Source: a virus. From it: 64,000 bases of DNA. The notes beneath the pieces were generated by a model. It had not been told where the DNA came from, did not search any database, and worked only from the letters and a program-made list of their open reading frames with translations. Positions 53,361-63,176 of this stretch are shown in pieces. The stretch lies in the IMG/VR virus record IMGVR_UViG_3300035181_001203, positions 32,001-96,000 of that record, one strand, 5' to 3'. A program made the position numbers and the translations under genes. Numbering within the stretch: position 1 is the stretch's first letter; each line of letters begins with the position of its first letter.

Positions 53361-53389
53361 TGCAAAACAACCTATCTCTTTGTTATAAT
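53361..53389 (+). promoter_or_regulatory. Conserved phage promoter
   Basis: TGCAAA-N17-TATAAT-ATATATGG. Confidence 0.8.
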
Positions 53390-53394
53390 ATATA

Positions 53395-53637
53395 TGGTGG
53401 AGAGAATAGGCTTTCTACCATTATGGAGGGGACATGCACTCTCGCGCTAAGACATGGTGCATCGCCGGGAACGGTGTGGTCTTTGAGGTGGTGAACCTCA
53501 AGGGCTTCATCAACATGACCTTCCCCACCCTAAAAATGGGGGGATTTGTGCCGCGATTTCGCGGCACAAGCAGTACATTCTCCCGAACGGCTTTGTCGTT
53601 CGGGAGAAGAAGAATGGCTGAATAAGCCATTTTTTTA
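53395..53637 (+). ncRNA. Candidate structured small RNA (overlaps doubtful ORF 53434..53625)
   Basis: 5' hairpin, perfect stems at 53546-53569 and 53578-53608, terminator at 53613-53636. Confidence 0.5.
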
Positions 53638-53648
53638 ACTATTACATT

Positions 53649-53677
53649 TGCAAAATACTATATTTATTTGTTATAAT
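53649..53677 (+). promoter_or_regulatory. Conserved phage promoter
   Basis: TGCAAA-N17-TATAAT-ATATATGG. Confidence 0.8.
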
Positions 53678-53721
53678 ATATATGGAAAGGCTTATCTTTC
53701 CCAACCTTCATGGAGCCAAAA

Positions 53722-54114
53722 ATGGCTATTTTGAATACTATCCAACATCCCCTCACCGAAGTTCAGATATCCCAACTCGAAATGCTGGGCGAGCAAGAAA
53801 CTATTATACATTTAAGGAATTCCAACCCCGAGCTTTTTAATCATATTGCAAACTCTCCAGCCGATGAGTATTTACTCACGTTATTAGCCGATAAGTTGGT
53901 ACAAGTGGTGATTAACGAAGGTTTCAGTAGTGTGATCCTTCCACTGGGATCACCAGCCTTCATGTTTGAACTTGGCAAGATTATTGGAAAGCGTGGGCTT
54001 AACCATAAAAACTTCTTTGCTCATACGGAAAGGAGGTCAACTGAGGAAGTGCAGGATGATGGATCGGTAAAGAAAGTCTCGCTGTTTGAGCATGTAAAAT
54101 GGCTGAGGCTGTAA
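53722..54114 (+). CDS. Csx20-like (CARF-related) putative ring nuclease
   Basis: QHPLTEVQ N-terminus and FAHTERRSTEEVQDDGSVKKVSLFEHV C-terminus match my recollection of the Csx20 pattern; GGAG RBS; terminator at 54120-54135. Confidence 0.6.
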   Translation: MAILNTIQHPLTEVQISQLEMLGEQETIIHLRNSNPELFNHIANSPADEYLLTLLADKLVQVVINEGFSSVILPLGSPAFMFELGKIIGKRGLNHKNFFAHTERRSTEEVQDDGSVKKVSLFEHVKWLRL

Positions 54115-54147
54115 GCAACAGGGGCGCAAGCCCCTTTGTTTTAGCTC

Positions 54148-54176
54148 TGCAAAAGACTTTTATATTATGTTATAAT
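54148..54176 (+). promoter_or_regulatory. Conserved phage promoter
   Basis: TGCAAA-N17-TATAAT-ATATATGG. Confidence 0.8.
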
Positions 54177-54294
54177 ATATATGGAGAAGGATTAGCTACC
54201 TTCCTAGTTTCGGCTCTCGATTAGCGAGGGATTTAGGCCATTCATTTCGCCTACCGAAAAAAAGAAATGATAACCATCCCAAAAGGGAGGAAGT

Positions 54295-54585
54295 ATGTCA
54301 TTGAAATTCGTTTGTAATAACCCGATCTTCGGAGAGGGGACGCAAAACCTCTTGTCCTGTGAAAAGGACTATGAGGCAACAAACTACAACGGAAACGAAA
54401 ACTTTGTCGTTTCCGTCAAAGAGGGAGTCGTTTTAATCCCTCTAGGAGAAGATCACACCAACAACGGTGTGTACTGTCACTATAGAGTTGAAAAAGAGGG
54501 GTTCATTCCCCGTATCCTTTCCCTCTACATAGACCGCTGGCAAGGCGGTCGGGACAAATGGGAGTTGGTCCCATTAAAAAACTAA
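54295..54585 (+). CDS. Hypothetical early protein
   Basis: GGGAGG RBS after a ~110-nt structured leader. Confidence 0.7.
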   Translation: MSLKFVCNNPIFGEGTQNLLSCEKDYEATNYNGNENFVVSVKEGVVLIPLGEDHTNNGVYCHYRVEKEGFIPRILSLYIDRWQGGRDKWELVPLKN

Positions 54586-54826
54586 CAAACCAAAACCCGT
54601 CAGTTTCTTCCAGAACTGGCGGGTTTCCATTATGCTTCCCGGTAATAAATAACGGGATATATTTCATCGTGCCCAAGATGAAATGAAAGTGTCGGGCCTC
54701 ACGAAAGGAGGAAATGATGCTACATTGGCGTCCTCCTACTGAATAGAATGAATAGAGGGGGATAAGCAGTTCCCCCTTTTTCTTTTAACTATATTTAACT
54801 CACACTTTTTAGCTATTGGGAGGTTC

Positions 54827-55021
54827 ATGAGCTATAAAGTTGTATTAACTTATTTAAATCTTGAACAAAGAAAAACAACCTTACATACTGGTCTTACTTT
54901 AATTGAAGCTCAAAATATTTGCGAAAATAGAGAATCTTCATGGCAAAGTTGCACAAAGAAATATCTTAAAGAAAGAACTAGAAAGCGCGGCCCCTGGTTT
55001 TTAGTTTATACAAAGGAATAA
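54827..55021 (+). CDS. Small conserved phage protein
   Basis: GGGAGG RBS; TGLTL.EAQ..C...ESS...GPWF motif. Confidence 0.65.
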   Translation: MSYKVVLTYLNLEQRKTTLHTGLTLIEAQNICENRESSWQSCTKKYLKERTRKRGPWFLVYTKE

Positions 55022-55110
55022 ACAGAATCATTTGAATCTAGTCACACAAAGTTTGTAGAAGCGGATAAACTTTATTTAATTTAAGTAAATTGTTCATTGA
55101 GGAATAATAA

Positions 55111-55518
55111 ATGCCAATCAAACATTGCACACATTTAATTACCCGCAAGGAACTTAAAGATAACCCAAATGTTATCTATGTCTTTGGCGATAATATGATT
55201 CGTCAAGGATATGGTGGACAGGCTAAGGAAATGCGTGGTGAACCTAATGCAGTTGGTATTCCAACTAAATATAGTCCATCACTAGCTCCCCATGCTTTCT
55301 TTACAAACAAGTCATTAGAAGAAAAAGCAGTTAAAGATGCTATTGATGAAGCTTTTGCTAGACTTGAAGAACGATTACTTCATAAACAAATAGTAGTCAT
55401 TCCTGCTGGCATTGGAACAGGATTAGCAGATCTTCCAAAACGCGCACCTTTAGTCCATCTATATATCATGAATAAGATTCAAGAATTGGAAACTAAATAT
55501 GGTTGCTACAAAGTCTAA
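55111..55518 (+). CDS. Macrodomain-like phage protein
   Basis: YVFGDN...GYGGQAKEMRGEPNAVGIPTK and GIGTGLA motifs. Confidence 0.6.
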   Translation: MPIKHCTHLITRKELKDNPNVIYVFGDNMIRQGYGGQAKEMRGEPNAVGIPTKYSPSLAPHAFFTNKSLEEKAVKDAIDEAFARLEERLLHKQIVVIPAGIGTGLADLPKRAPLVHLYIMNKIQELETKYGCYKV

Positions 55519-57223
55519 AAAAGAATTAACACTTAAACAATTAGAAAAATTAAAATTATCTGAATTACATCAAAAATATTTGCAAGATCGTAAAGGTATT
55601 GTTGAAGAATTTAATATTATGAAAACTCTTGGAAAATATAAAATTATAATTTCTCATCATAGAGGAATAATTAGTTTCAGTTTTTCTGCCGATGATTTTT
55701 GGAGTAAATATGGAGGCTTTATTCCAGCAGATAAGAATCTTTTAGAAAAATTACTTAAACTTTATCCTCCGGAACCTATTTATTATCATAAATCAACTTT
55801 TACTGGTATTCGTAGAGAAAATGATCCAGAAATCAGAAAAGATGGTAAGACAGAATTAATTTTCCCAATTTATCTTAGCACTCAAAAAAATTACCATAGT
55901 AATCTTATTGGGATTAAATGGAAAACAAAAACTCACGATATTACCATTGAACTAGAACGTAATAAAACAACTTTCAATAAAATTATTCCACAATTTTCTA
56001 TCAACTATTCAGATGGATATTCTATTATTTATTTTCCATACAGAGAAGATCTAAATATTTTGGAGTATATCCAATGATGGCAGCAATTAAAAATCCAGGT
56101 ATGGATTGGATTCAAGTTAAAATTGATAAAAATAAGGTTTATGAATTTATATCTGAATCTATAAATGGATTTTTTGAACTAGTTCCAAACTTTCATACTA
56201 AAGCAACTCTTTATTGTGATGAAGAAGGTAAATTAAAAAATCTTCCTATCAATTTTCCATTATTAAATGAAGATAATAGTATTGTAGATGTTGTTGTTGG
56301 ACCCGTAGTAATGTTTGGTCCTACAAATGAAGAGGGTGAGGAAACTGAATTAACACAAGAACTTTTTGAAGAAACTAAAAAATATTTTAGTGGAGAATAA
56401 ATGTCACAATCTATAATTCTTTATGCTTCTCATAAATGCTTGACAAGTGATTCTCAACCAATCAGAGTTGGGAAATCAGTTATTTGGATTAGAGTAGAAG
56501 ATGTTGGAGAAGATACTCTTTTAGAAGCTTTAAATAAGGCTAATCCATTTCCAGAAGAAATAGTTTTAAATACGATCAATAAAACCGTAATGAAAGAAAC
56601 TACAAGTCTTAAAAAAAGGAATAGATAGAATGACTAAAAAGCATGATCATATTGGAATTGTAGTTAATATGTATAATCCAAAGTCAGATACATCTATGAT
56701 GTTTCTTCATAACGTAGATCTTATCTCTAAAAAAAATTCTATTTATGGTCCATTTGATACATCTAGCGAACTTATGGAATTTGCTGCATTCAATAATATT
56801 AAAGTACAATGATTATTAATGAGGTAATGAAAAATGAGCAATAGTAATTACGCAGGACGTTCAAATCGAGTAAAAGTTAAAGACTTAGAAGGTCTTAAAA
56901 AATCTTTGAAACAATTTGATTGGTTATCTCTTTTTGAGGAAGATGGTAAATATTATATTTCCACAGAGGATTATGATCCATTCTTTCAAACTGCATATCT
57001 TGAAGATGTAGAAATTGAATTCGATCCACAAATTCATATTATTCCATATTTAGAAGATAAAGAAATTCTTATTATTATAGAAGTTTCAAACGAAAAGCTT
57101 CAATATATTTACGGAGCAGCATATGCTTATATGAAAGGCAAAACTCGCATTTGTGTTAATCTTGATCATATTCATAGAATGATTGAGCAACAGTGGAATA
57201 CTAATGAATATGATTCTTTTTAA
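55499..57223 (+). other. Five small genes, including DUF3846-like 56074..56400
   Basis: INGFFELV...YCDEEGKLKNLPIN...DVVVGPV motif in 56074..56400. Confidence 0.65.
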
Positions 57224-57232
57224 AGGATAACA

Positions 57233-57943
57233 ATGAGCGATCTAATTAAAGATAAAATTAGGAAACTTCTCGCATTAGCAGCTTCTGATAGTGTAGAAGA
57301 AGCTGAATTAGCAATGGTGAAGGCTCAAGAATTAATGGATCGTTATAATCTGAATATGGCAGAAATGAGCCAATCAGAAGCGGTCAATATTGAGCCAGTC
57401 ATTGAAGATAAAGATCCATTCTACGAAGCTGGACGTATCCGTAAATGGAAAACCAGACTTGCCCACATTCTTGCTACTCACAATAATTGTGTAATTTTAA
57501 CATTTAAATCAGGCGACAGACGCACTCCAAAATCATCAATTAAAATTTTTGGTCGCCAAGCAGATATTGATAATACTCGATTTTTATTTGCTTATGCCTT
57601 AACACAGTTAACTAAGTTATCGGTATTACCTTGTATCGGTTCTGGCATTGCTTATAAGGATAGTTGGTATACTGGAGCAGTTGCAGGTATCCATGAAAAA
57701 CTTAAAGAAATGAAAGCTAAAGTTAAAGCTGAATTTTCTACATTCGCTATTGTCAAATATGATAGTTGGCTTAAAGAAACTAATGATTTTATACGCAGCA
57801 AGTATCGCGTAACTACTGCGCCACAAACCCATAAATCATTAAATTCAGAAGCTTATAATAGTGGACATAAGGCTGGTCGTGAAATAGACCTTGGTAGTAA
57901 GAGTCGGCTTGGTCAGAAATCTACGATTGGAATGATAAAATGA
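57233..57943 (+). CDS. DUF2786-domain protein
   Basis: DKIRKLLALA....EEAELAM.KAQELM.RYNL. Confidence 0.85.
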   Translation: MSDLIKDKIRKLLALAASDSVEEAELAMVKAQELMDRYNLNMAEMSQSEAVNIEPVIEDKDPFYEAGRIRKWKTRLAHILATHNNCVILTFKSGDRRTPKSSIKIFGRQADIDNTRFLFAYALTQLTKLSVLPCIGSGIAYKDSWYTGAVAGIHEKLKEMKAKVKAEFSTFAIVKYDSWLKETNDFIRSKYRVTTAPQTHKSLNSEAYNSGHKAGREIDLGSKSRLGQKSTIGMIK

Positions 57944-58429
57944 TAACTAAAGAAATAGCAGAAACCCTTCCTAACGGAACAATTCTTTATCATAAAAAAG
58001 TTAAGAATTCCAGGGGAGAACCATATAAATGTAGAGTTAATGGCAAATGCAAAGTTTGGAAAACTCGACCCCTGGACTTTAAACTTCCAATAAAGTCTGG
58101 ACTTTATGAATATGGATATATTACAAATCTTAATGCTGATGAATGGAGTCTAGATGCCAACTAAATTAAGAAGTCTAAAAAAACAAGCAATTATGTCTTG
58201 TACAAAACGATTGCATATGATGAAGAATTTTGAAGCAGTATTAGAATTTTCTCCCCATCAATTATATCCATCTACAAATCATTTTCGTTCATATTGTAAA
58301 TGTTGTAATATGTATGTTGATGTAATCCTTAAACCATTACCTAATGAAATTAATATTAGTGGTGATGCAGTAGCAATTACTTGTCCATCAGTTCCATATG
58401 CAAGGATTAAGAATCCGATTATTTCATGA
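57940..58429 (+). other. Two small conserved phage genes
   Basis: RVNGKCKVWKTRP..F.LPIK.GLY motif; second gene is Cys-rich. Confidence 0.65.
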
Positions 58430-58536
58430 GCAATTATGGATATAAAAAATTATTTAGTGACACAATAGCAAAGTTGTGATACAATTATTCTATAGTGCAA
58501 CACTTGTTCTGAGTGTCTGCAACTTAGGAGATTTTA

Positions 58537-61500
58537 ATGTTATATAATAATCTTGGTATACATACTGATTTAACGCTTGGCAAATCTGCAATTCAATTTA
58601 AAGATTTAAAAGATATAAAATTTAACACTCCAATAGCTATCTGTGATAACGGAAATATCTCACAATTAGTTAAATCATTAAAACTTAATAAAAACAATAT
58701 TCCAGCAGTAGAATTATTCGTTATTAAATCATATGCAGAGAAACGAACTCCGATTTATAGAGCGCGTTTCTTTGCATTTGATTTAATAGCATATGAATCA
58801 ATATGTAAAATGATTAATATAGCATCGTTGAATAAATACTATTCTCATAGGATTGAGATTAAAGATTTAATTTTAAATGGAGATATAATAATTATTGTTG
58901 ATTCTGATTTTCTTTTTATTGATCAACTTCCATATGAAAAAACCTATGTTGCGATTAATGCAAATACAGATTTAAGTAGTGCAAATATATTAAAATATAA
59001 ACCTATTTTTTATTATGACTCATATGCTATACACAAAAAGGACATTTCTAAGGTAGAATTATTGTCAGCTAGAGGTTTCAAACATAATAATAAAGTTTGG
59101 TATTATGATGATTCTCACTATCATACAGCTTCATTGATACCAGAGTCAATTACAAATTATCTGAATCTACTTAAGAAGGCTGATCACCCTATTATTAAGT
59201 TTGAAAATAGATATCCAATCTATTGTGAAGGTTCAGAAGATTATTTTGACGTATTAGTATATGCTGGATTTAAGCGAAAGTATCCAAATGCAACACAACA
59301 GGAGATTGAAAGATTAGATTATGAAGTCTCAATCATTAAGAAACTTGGATATCAAGATTATTTTCTCATTAATTGGGACTTTATTAATTGGAGTCGTAAT
59401 AGAAATATTCCTATTGGTCCAGGTAGAGGTTCAGCCGCAGGTTCTATCGTTGCTTATTGTCTTGATATCACTAAACTTGATCCTATTGCTAACGGCCTCT
59501 ATTTTGAGAGATTCTTAAATCCAGAACGAGTAAGTCCTCCAGATATTGATACAGATATAAGCGATATTGATAGAGCGGAAGTTATTGATTATATACGTCA
59601 AAGATATGGAAAAGAAAAAGTTTCTCAAATCATAACTTTTTCTGAATTAAAATCAAAATCTGCTTTAAAAGATGCTGCGCGTTTACATGAAATGGATGCG
59701 TCAGAAGTTAATAGAATAACATCATATTTTCCACCATCAAAATTTGGTATACCTCCTACTCTTGAAGAAGCATATAATGTTGAACTTGTTCGATCTTGGG
59801 CAGATTCACATGCTAGTATTTGGAATGAAGCAAAAGCACTAGAAGGGTTCGTAAGACAAGTTGGAATCCATGCGGCTGGACTAATTATTGCTCCTAAAGA
59901 AATAAATACTCTTACTGGAATCCAGTATGCTAATGGTGAAGCTATATGCCAGTTTGATAAAGATGATGCAGAAAAATTTGGTCTACTTAAAATGGATTTC
60001 TTGGGTTTAGCAACTTTAGGTCTTATAAAAAAGACTCAAGAATTATTAGGTAAATCATATTATGATATGGAAAAAGTTCCATTAGATGACTGGAAAGTTT
60101 ATGATGCGTTTTCCAGGGGCGATACTCATGGAGTTTTTCAATTTGAATCTGATGGAATGAGAAAATTACTTAAACGTATTAAGCCAACATCATTTGCCGA
60201 TATTGCTGCTGCTACCGCTTTATATAGACCAGGCCCATTAATGTCTGGATTAACAGAAAATTATATTCACAATAAACATTCTATTAATCCAGAATATTTA
60301 ATTCCAGAATTTCAAGAGCTTCTGAGTGAAACTTATGGGATATTTGCATATCAAGAACAAGTAATGCTAGTATCACAAAAAATTGCTGGATTTACATTAT
60401 CTAGAGCAGATAATTTACGAAAAGCAATTGGTAAAAAAGATAGAAATTTAATGAAAACTATGGAAGAAGAATTTATTTCTGGTTGTTTGGCTGGTGGACA
60501 GACTAGTGAGAAGGCAGAAAAATTATGGACACAGATAGTATCATTCGCAGATTATTGTTTTAATAAATCACACTCATATGCTTATGCTTTAATTTCTTAT
60601 TGGACGATGTATTTAAAATTAAATTATCCAAAAGAATTTGCAGTTTCATTATTATCATTAGATATGAAAGATAGTTCTGCGCTCCGTTCTCATTTCTTTG
60701 CCTTCAAAGACAAAATCAACTTTATCCCTCCATATATTAATAAAGGTGGAGAGGGTTTTAAGATTTGTGATAATGGTATTATGATGGGATTTGGTTCTAT
60801 TAAAGGAATGGGTAATAGTTCTTCGTCTATAGAAAATAATCAACCATATAAAAATATCTCAGATGTAGTCATTAAAAATAATTTAGATAAAACACAATTA
60901 ACTACATTAATCTATAGTGGTGCATTTGATGAAATGGAGCCTGATAAATCGGTTCTATTAGGAAATTTAGAACGTCTTTTAAAATTTGGAAAAGAAAATA
61001 AGACTTCTGAAATTTTTAATATTTTTGATCCTTCAGAAGTATTTAATTTGGATAGAAGCAGAAAAATTAAATTACCGATTGAAGGATACATGGAGAAAGC
61101 CTGTTATGGCTTTAATATTTATCATGGATTCGTAGGAAAAAATAAATGGTTGATTGATTCATTAGAATCAGATTCTATAATTGGAACTATCATAGAAATT
61201 AAAAGAGCCAAAACTAAAGTAAAACAACAAGATATGGCCATTCTAACAATTGAGACAGCTAAAGGTAATATGAAAGCTGTTTTATTCCCAAATATATATG
61301 ATAAATTTTCAGTTCAATTAGCAAAAGAAGAAACTTATGCATTTAGAGGCGAATTGAAATATGGTAAAAATAATGAAGGTGATGAAGAAGCATCTTTAAT
61401 TGTTTCAGATATGTTAATAGAATCTGGAATTGTAATTAATGAAGTTAAACTAGAAAAAGAAGAAGCAATAACGCAAGGAGAATTTAACAATATCTTGGAT

Positions 61501-61665
61501 AGATGTTATGTTGGAAATGGATATACTACAGTAAAAGTTTTTGAAATACAAAATGATGGAGATAGTCATTTTCTTTTTAAACATGAACAATCTATTGATT
61601 ATACAGAATCTATACATAAAATTCTATTAGATAATAGATTTGATATTTTAATAAAAATCTTCTAA
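58537..61665 (+). CDS. dnaE: DNA polymerase III alpha subunit (family C)
   Basis: GPGRGSAAGS, FERFLNPERVSPPDIDTD, GIHAAG, LLKMDFLGL, GVFQFES, YQEQVM, FNKSHS; reduced PHP domain. Confidence 0.97.
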   Translation: MLYNNLGIHTDLTLGKSAIQFKDLKDIKFNTPIAICDNGNISQLVKSLKLNKNNIPAVELFVIKSYAEKRTPIYRARFFAFDLIAYESICKMINIASLNKYYSHRIEIKDLILNGDIIIIVDSDFLFIDQLPYEKTYVAINANTDLSSANILKYKPIFYYDSYAIHKKDISKVELLSARGFKHNNKVWYYDDSHYHTASLIPESITNYLNLLKKADHPIIKFENRYPIYCEGSEDYFDVLVYAGFKRKYPNATQQEIERLDYEVSIIKKLGYQDYFLINWDFINWSRNRNIPIGPGRGSAAGSIVAYCLDITKLDPIANGLYFERFLNPERVSPPDIDTDISDIDRAEVIDYIRQRYGKEKVSQIITFSELKSKSALKDAARLHEMDASEVNRITSYFPPSKFGIPPTLEEAYNVELVRSWADSHASIWNEAKALEGFVRQVGIHAAGLIIAPKEINTLTGIQYANGEAICQFDKDDAEKFGLLKMDFLGLATLGLIKKTQELLGKSYYDMEKVPLDDWKVYDAFSRGDTHGVFQFESDGMRKLLKRIKPTSFADIAAATALYRPGPLMSGLTENYIHNKHSINPEYLIPEFQELLSETYGIFAYQEQVMLVSQKIAGFTLSRADNLRKAIGKKDRNLMKTMEEEFISGCLAGGQTSEKAEKLWTQIVSFADYCFNKSHSYAYALISYWTMYLKLNYPKEFAVSLLSLDMKDSSALRSHFFAFKDKINFIPPYINKGGEGFKICDNGIMMGFGSIKGMGNSSSSIENNQPYKNISDVVIKNNLDKTQLTTLIYSGAFDEMEPDKSVLLGNLERLLKFGKENKTSEIFNIFDPSEVFNLDRSRKIKLPIEGYMEKACYGFNIYHGFVGKNKWLIDSLESDSIIGTIIEIKRAKTKVKQQDMAILTIETAKGNMKAVLFPNIYDKFSVQLAKEETYAFRGELKYGKNNEGDEEASLIVSDMLIESGIVINEVKLEKEEAITQGEFNNILDRCYVGNGYTTVKVFEIQNDGDSHFLFKHEQSIDYTESIHKILLDNRFDILIKIF

Positions 61666-61670
61666 TAAGA

Positions 61671-61698
61671 GAAGCCCATTTTAAATGGGCTTTTTTTT
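61671..61698. terminator. Intrinsic terminator after dnaE
   Basis: aagcccattt-t-aaatgggctt followed by a T run. Confidence 0.8.
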
Positions 61699-61732
61699 AG
61701 ATATTCAATATTTAATTAAAACTCAATAGCTA

Positions 61733-62196
61733 GTGAATATTCCATCTTATTTTATTAAGAGGTTTTTAAGCTTTCGCCAAAGACGCTATTCCACGTCTCA
61801 AAATATTAATAGCCGCATTAATATCTCGATCCAAAATTAAACCGCAAGAACATTCATGGATTCTATCTGATAATTTTTTATCAATTATTTTTCCACATCT
61901 AGAACATTCTTTAGTTGTATTTTTTGGATTAATTAGAACTACTCTTTTACCGGCCCATTCTGCCTTCTATAAATTTAACAAAGATTTGAATTAGAAATTT
62001 TCCATTGCGTGAGATATGTAGATAAATCATATAAAGAAATGTTTTTCTTATCTTTTTCCAATGCATTTTTATGAAGTTCTAAAGTTTTATTATAAATATA
62101 TCTACATCCTTCTAATGTAGCTTCTAACTTACTGAGTTGCAACTTCGTAGGATATAGTCTATATTTGAAAAATTTATGCAAGTAAGACATCAGCAT
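61733..62196 (-). mobile_element. tnpB: Internally deleted IS200/IS605-family tnpB remnant
   Basis: N-terminal FKYRLYPT...CRYIYN joined out of frame to C-terminal KAEWAG...TTKECSRCG...CSCG..LDRDINAAINI (stop 61766); TTCAC right-end motif at 61737-61733. Confidence 0.85.
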
Positions 62197-62249
62197 AACG
62201 TTATCTTAAAAATTTTCAAGGAAGATTCTCTTATATTTTTAAGCATAAT

Positions 62250-63176
62250 ATGTTAAACTACATCAAGGTAGGCCAAATGGAATATTCTATTCAAGAACTT
62301 ATCGAAAATGTAACAACAGCTAGTATAAATAGAATGATACCTATTCTAATAGGCCAAAGTAAATCTATCTATAAAGAAACTTTAAATTTTATTGATGTTA
62401 ATAAAACTCAATTACAATTATCAAATATAAATGATTCTTTAATAGATGAAACAACTATATCTGTAAATATAAAATCATGGAATTTAAAAACAAGTCAATT
62501 TTCTATTACTAATACGATAGTTGGGATAAATCAAATTGAAATAAATATACCAGTAATAGGAAGATTACCTAACACATCTATTTTTGTTGTAGTAGATATA
62601 AACAATAACATATTATTTTCTTCAACTATAAATAATTTTATTTACAAACAAACTAATTTAAATCAAATTAATATAGATATTCCGCTAACATTAACAGGTA
62701 CATTAATTTGTTATATTGTGAATGTAGAAACTACTACTATAACTGGTAGTTTTAATTCATTGTCTAATATTTTGACTGTTGATACAAGTTTTATATTTAA
62801 AACACCGTCTTTTAATTCTATATATAATACTTCATACGTTTCATATATAGGATCATCTAAAATCTATTCAGTTAATACTTATACAAATATATCACAAGAT
62901 ATAATTGATGCTGAACAAAATATTGGAATAAAGAGTGGTTTAATTTTAGGACAAGATGCAGTAGTAATATCATATCCTAATAATACTTACATAACTTCAT
63001 TATTAGAAGATTTAGATAAATTAAATACTGGATATTATATAGTTCCAATTAATTTAGACATAGAACAAACATTAGCTTCATATATAAATAATAAATTTTA
63101 TCAATTATTAATTTCACCAAGTAATTTTAATCCATTAGTTAAAGTAGTATCGGGTGAAACTTATAGATTACCATAG
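62250..63176 (+). CDS. Hypothetical I/N/T-rich, probably structural protein
   Basis: 308-aa ORF; no motif recognised. Confidence 0.55.
   Translation: MLNYIKVGQMEYSIQELIENVTTASINRMIPILIGQSKSIYKETLNFIDVNKTQLQLSNINDSLIDETTISVNIKSWNLKTSQFSITNTIVGINQIEINIPVIGRLPNTSIFVVVDINNNILFSSTINNFIYKQTNLNQINIDIPLTLTGTLICYIVNVETTTITGSFNSLSNILTVDTSFIFKTPSFNSIYNTSYVSYIGSSKIYSVNTYTNISQDIIDAEQNIGIKSGLILGQDAVVISYPNNTYITSLLEDLDKLNTGYYIVPINLDIEQTLASYINNKFYQLLISPSNFNPLVKVVSGETYRLP

Noticed and set aside
52388-54826. Repeated promoter/hairpin units as a CRISPR array
   Set aside because: Repeats are degenerate, spaced 290-930 bp apart and separated by genes; there are no regularly spaced identical repeats.
58537-61665. 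Intein or intron in dnaE
   Set aside because: Length (1042 aa) and motif spacing are continuous; no intein splice motifs or LAGLIDADG block seen.
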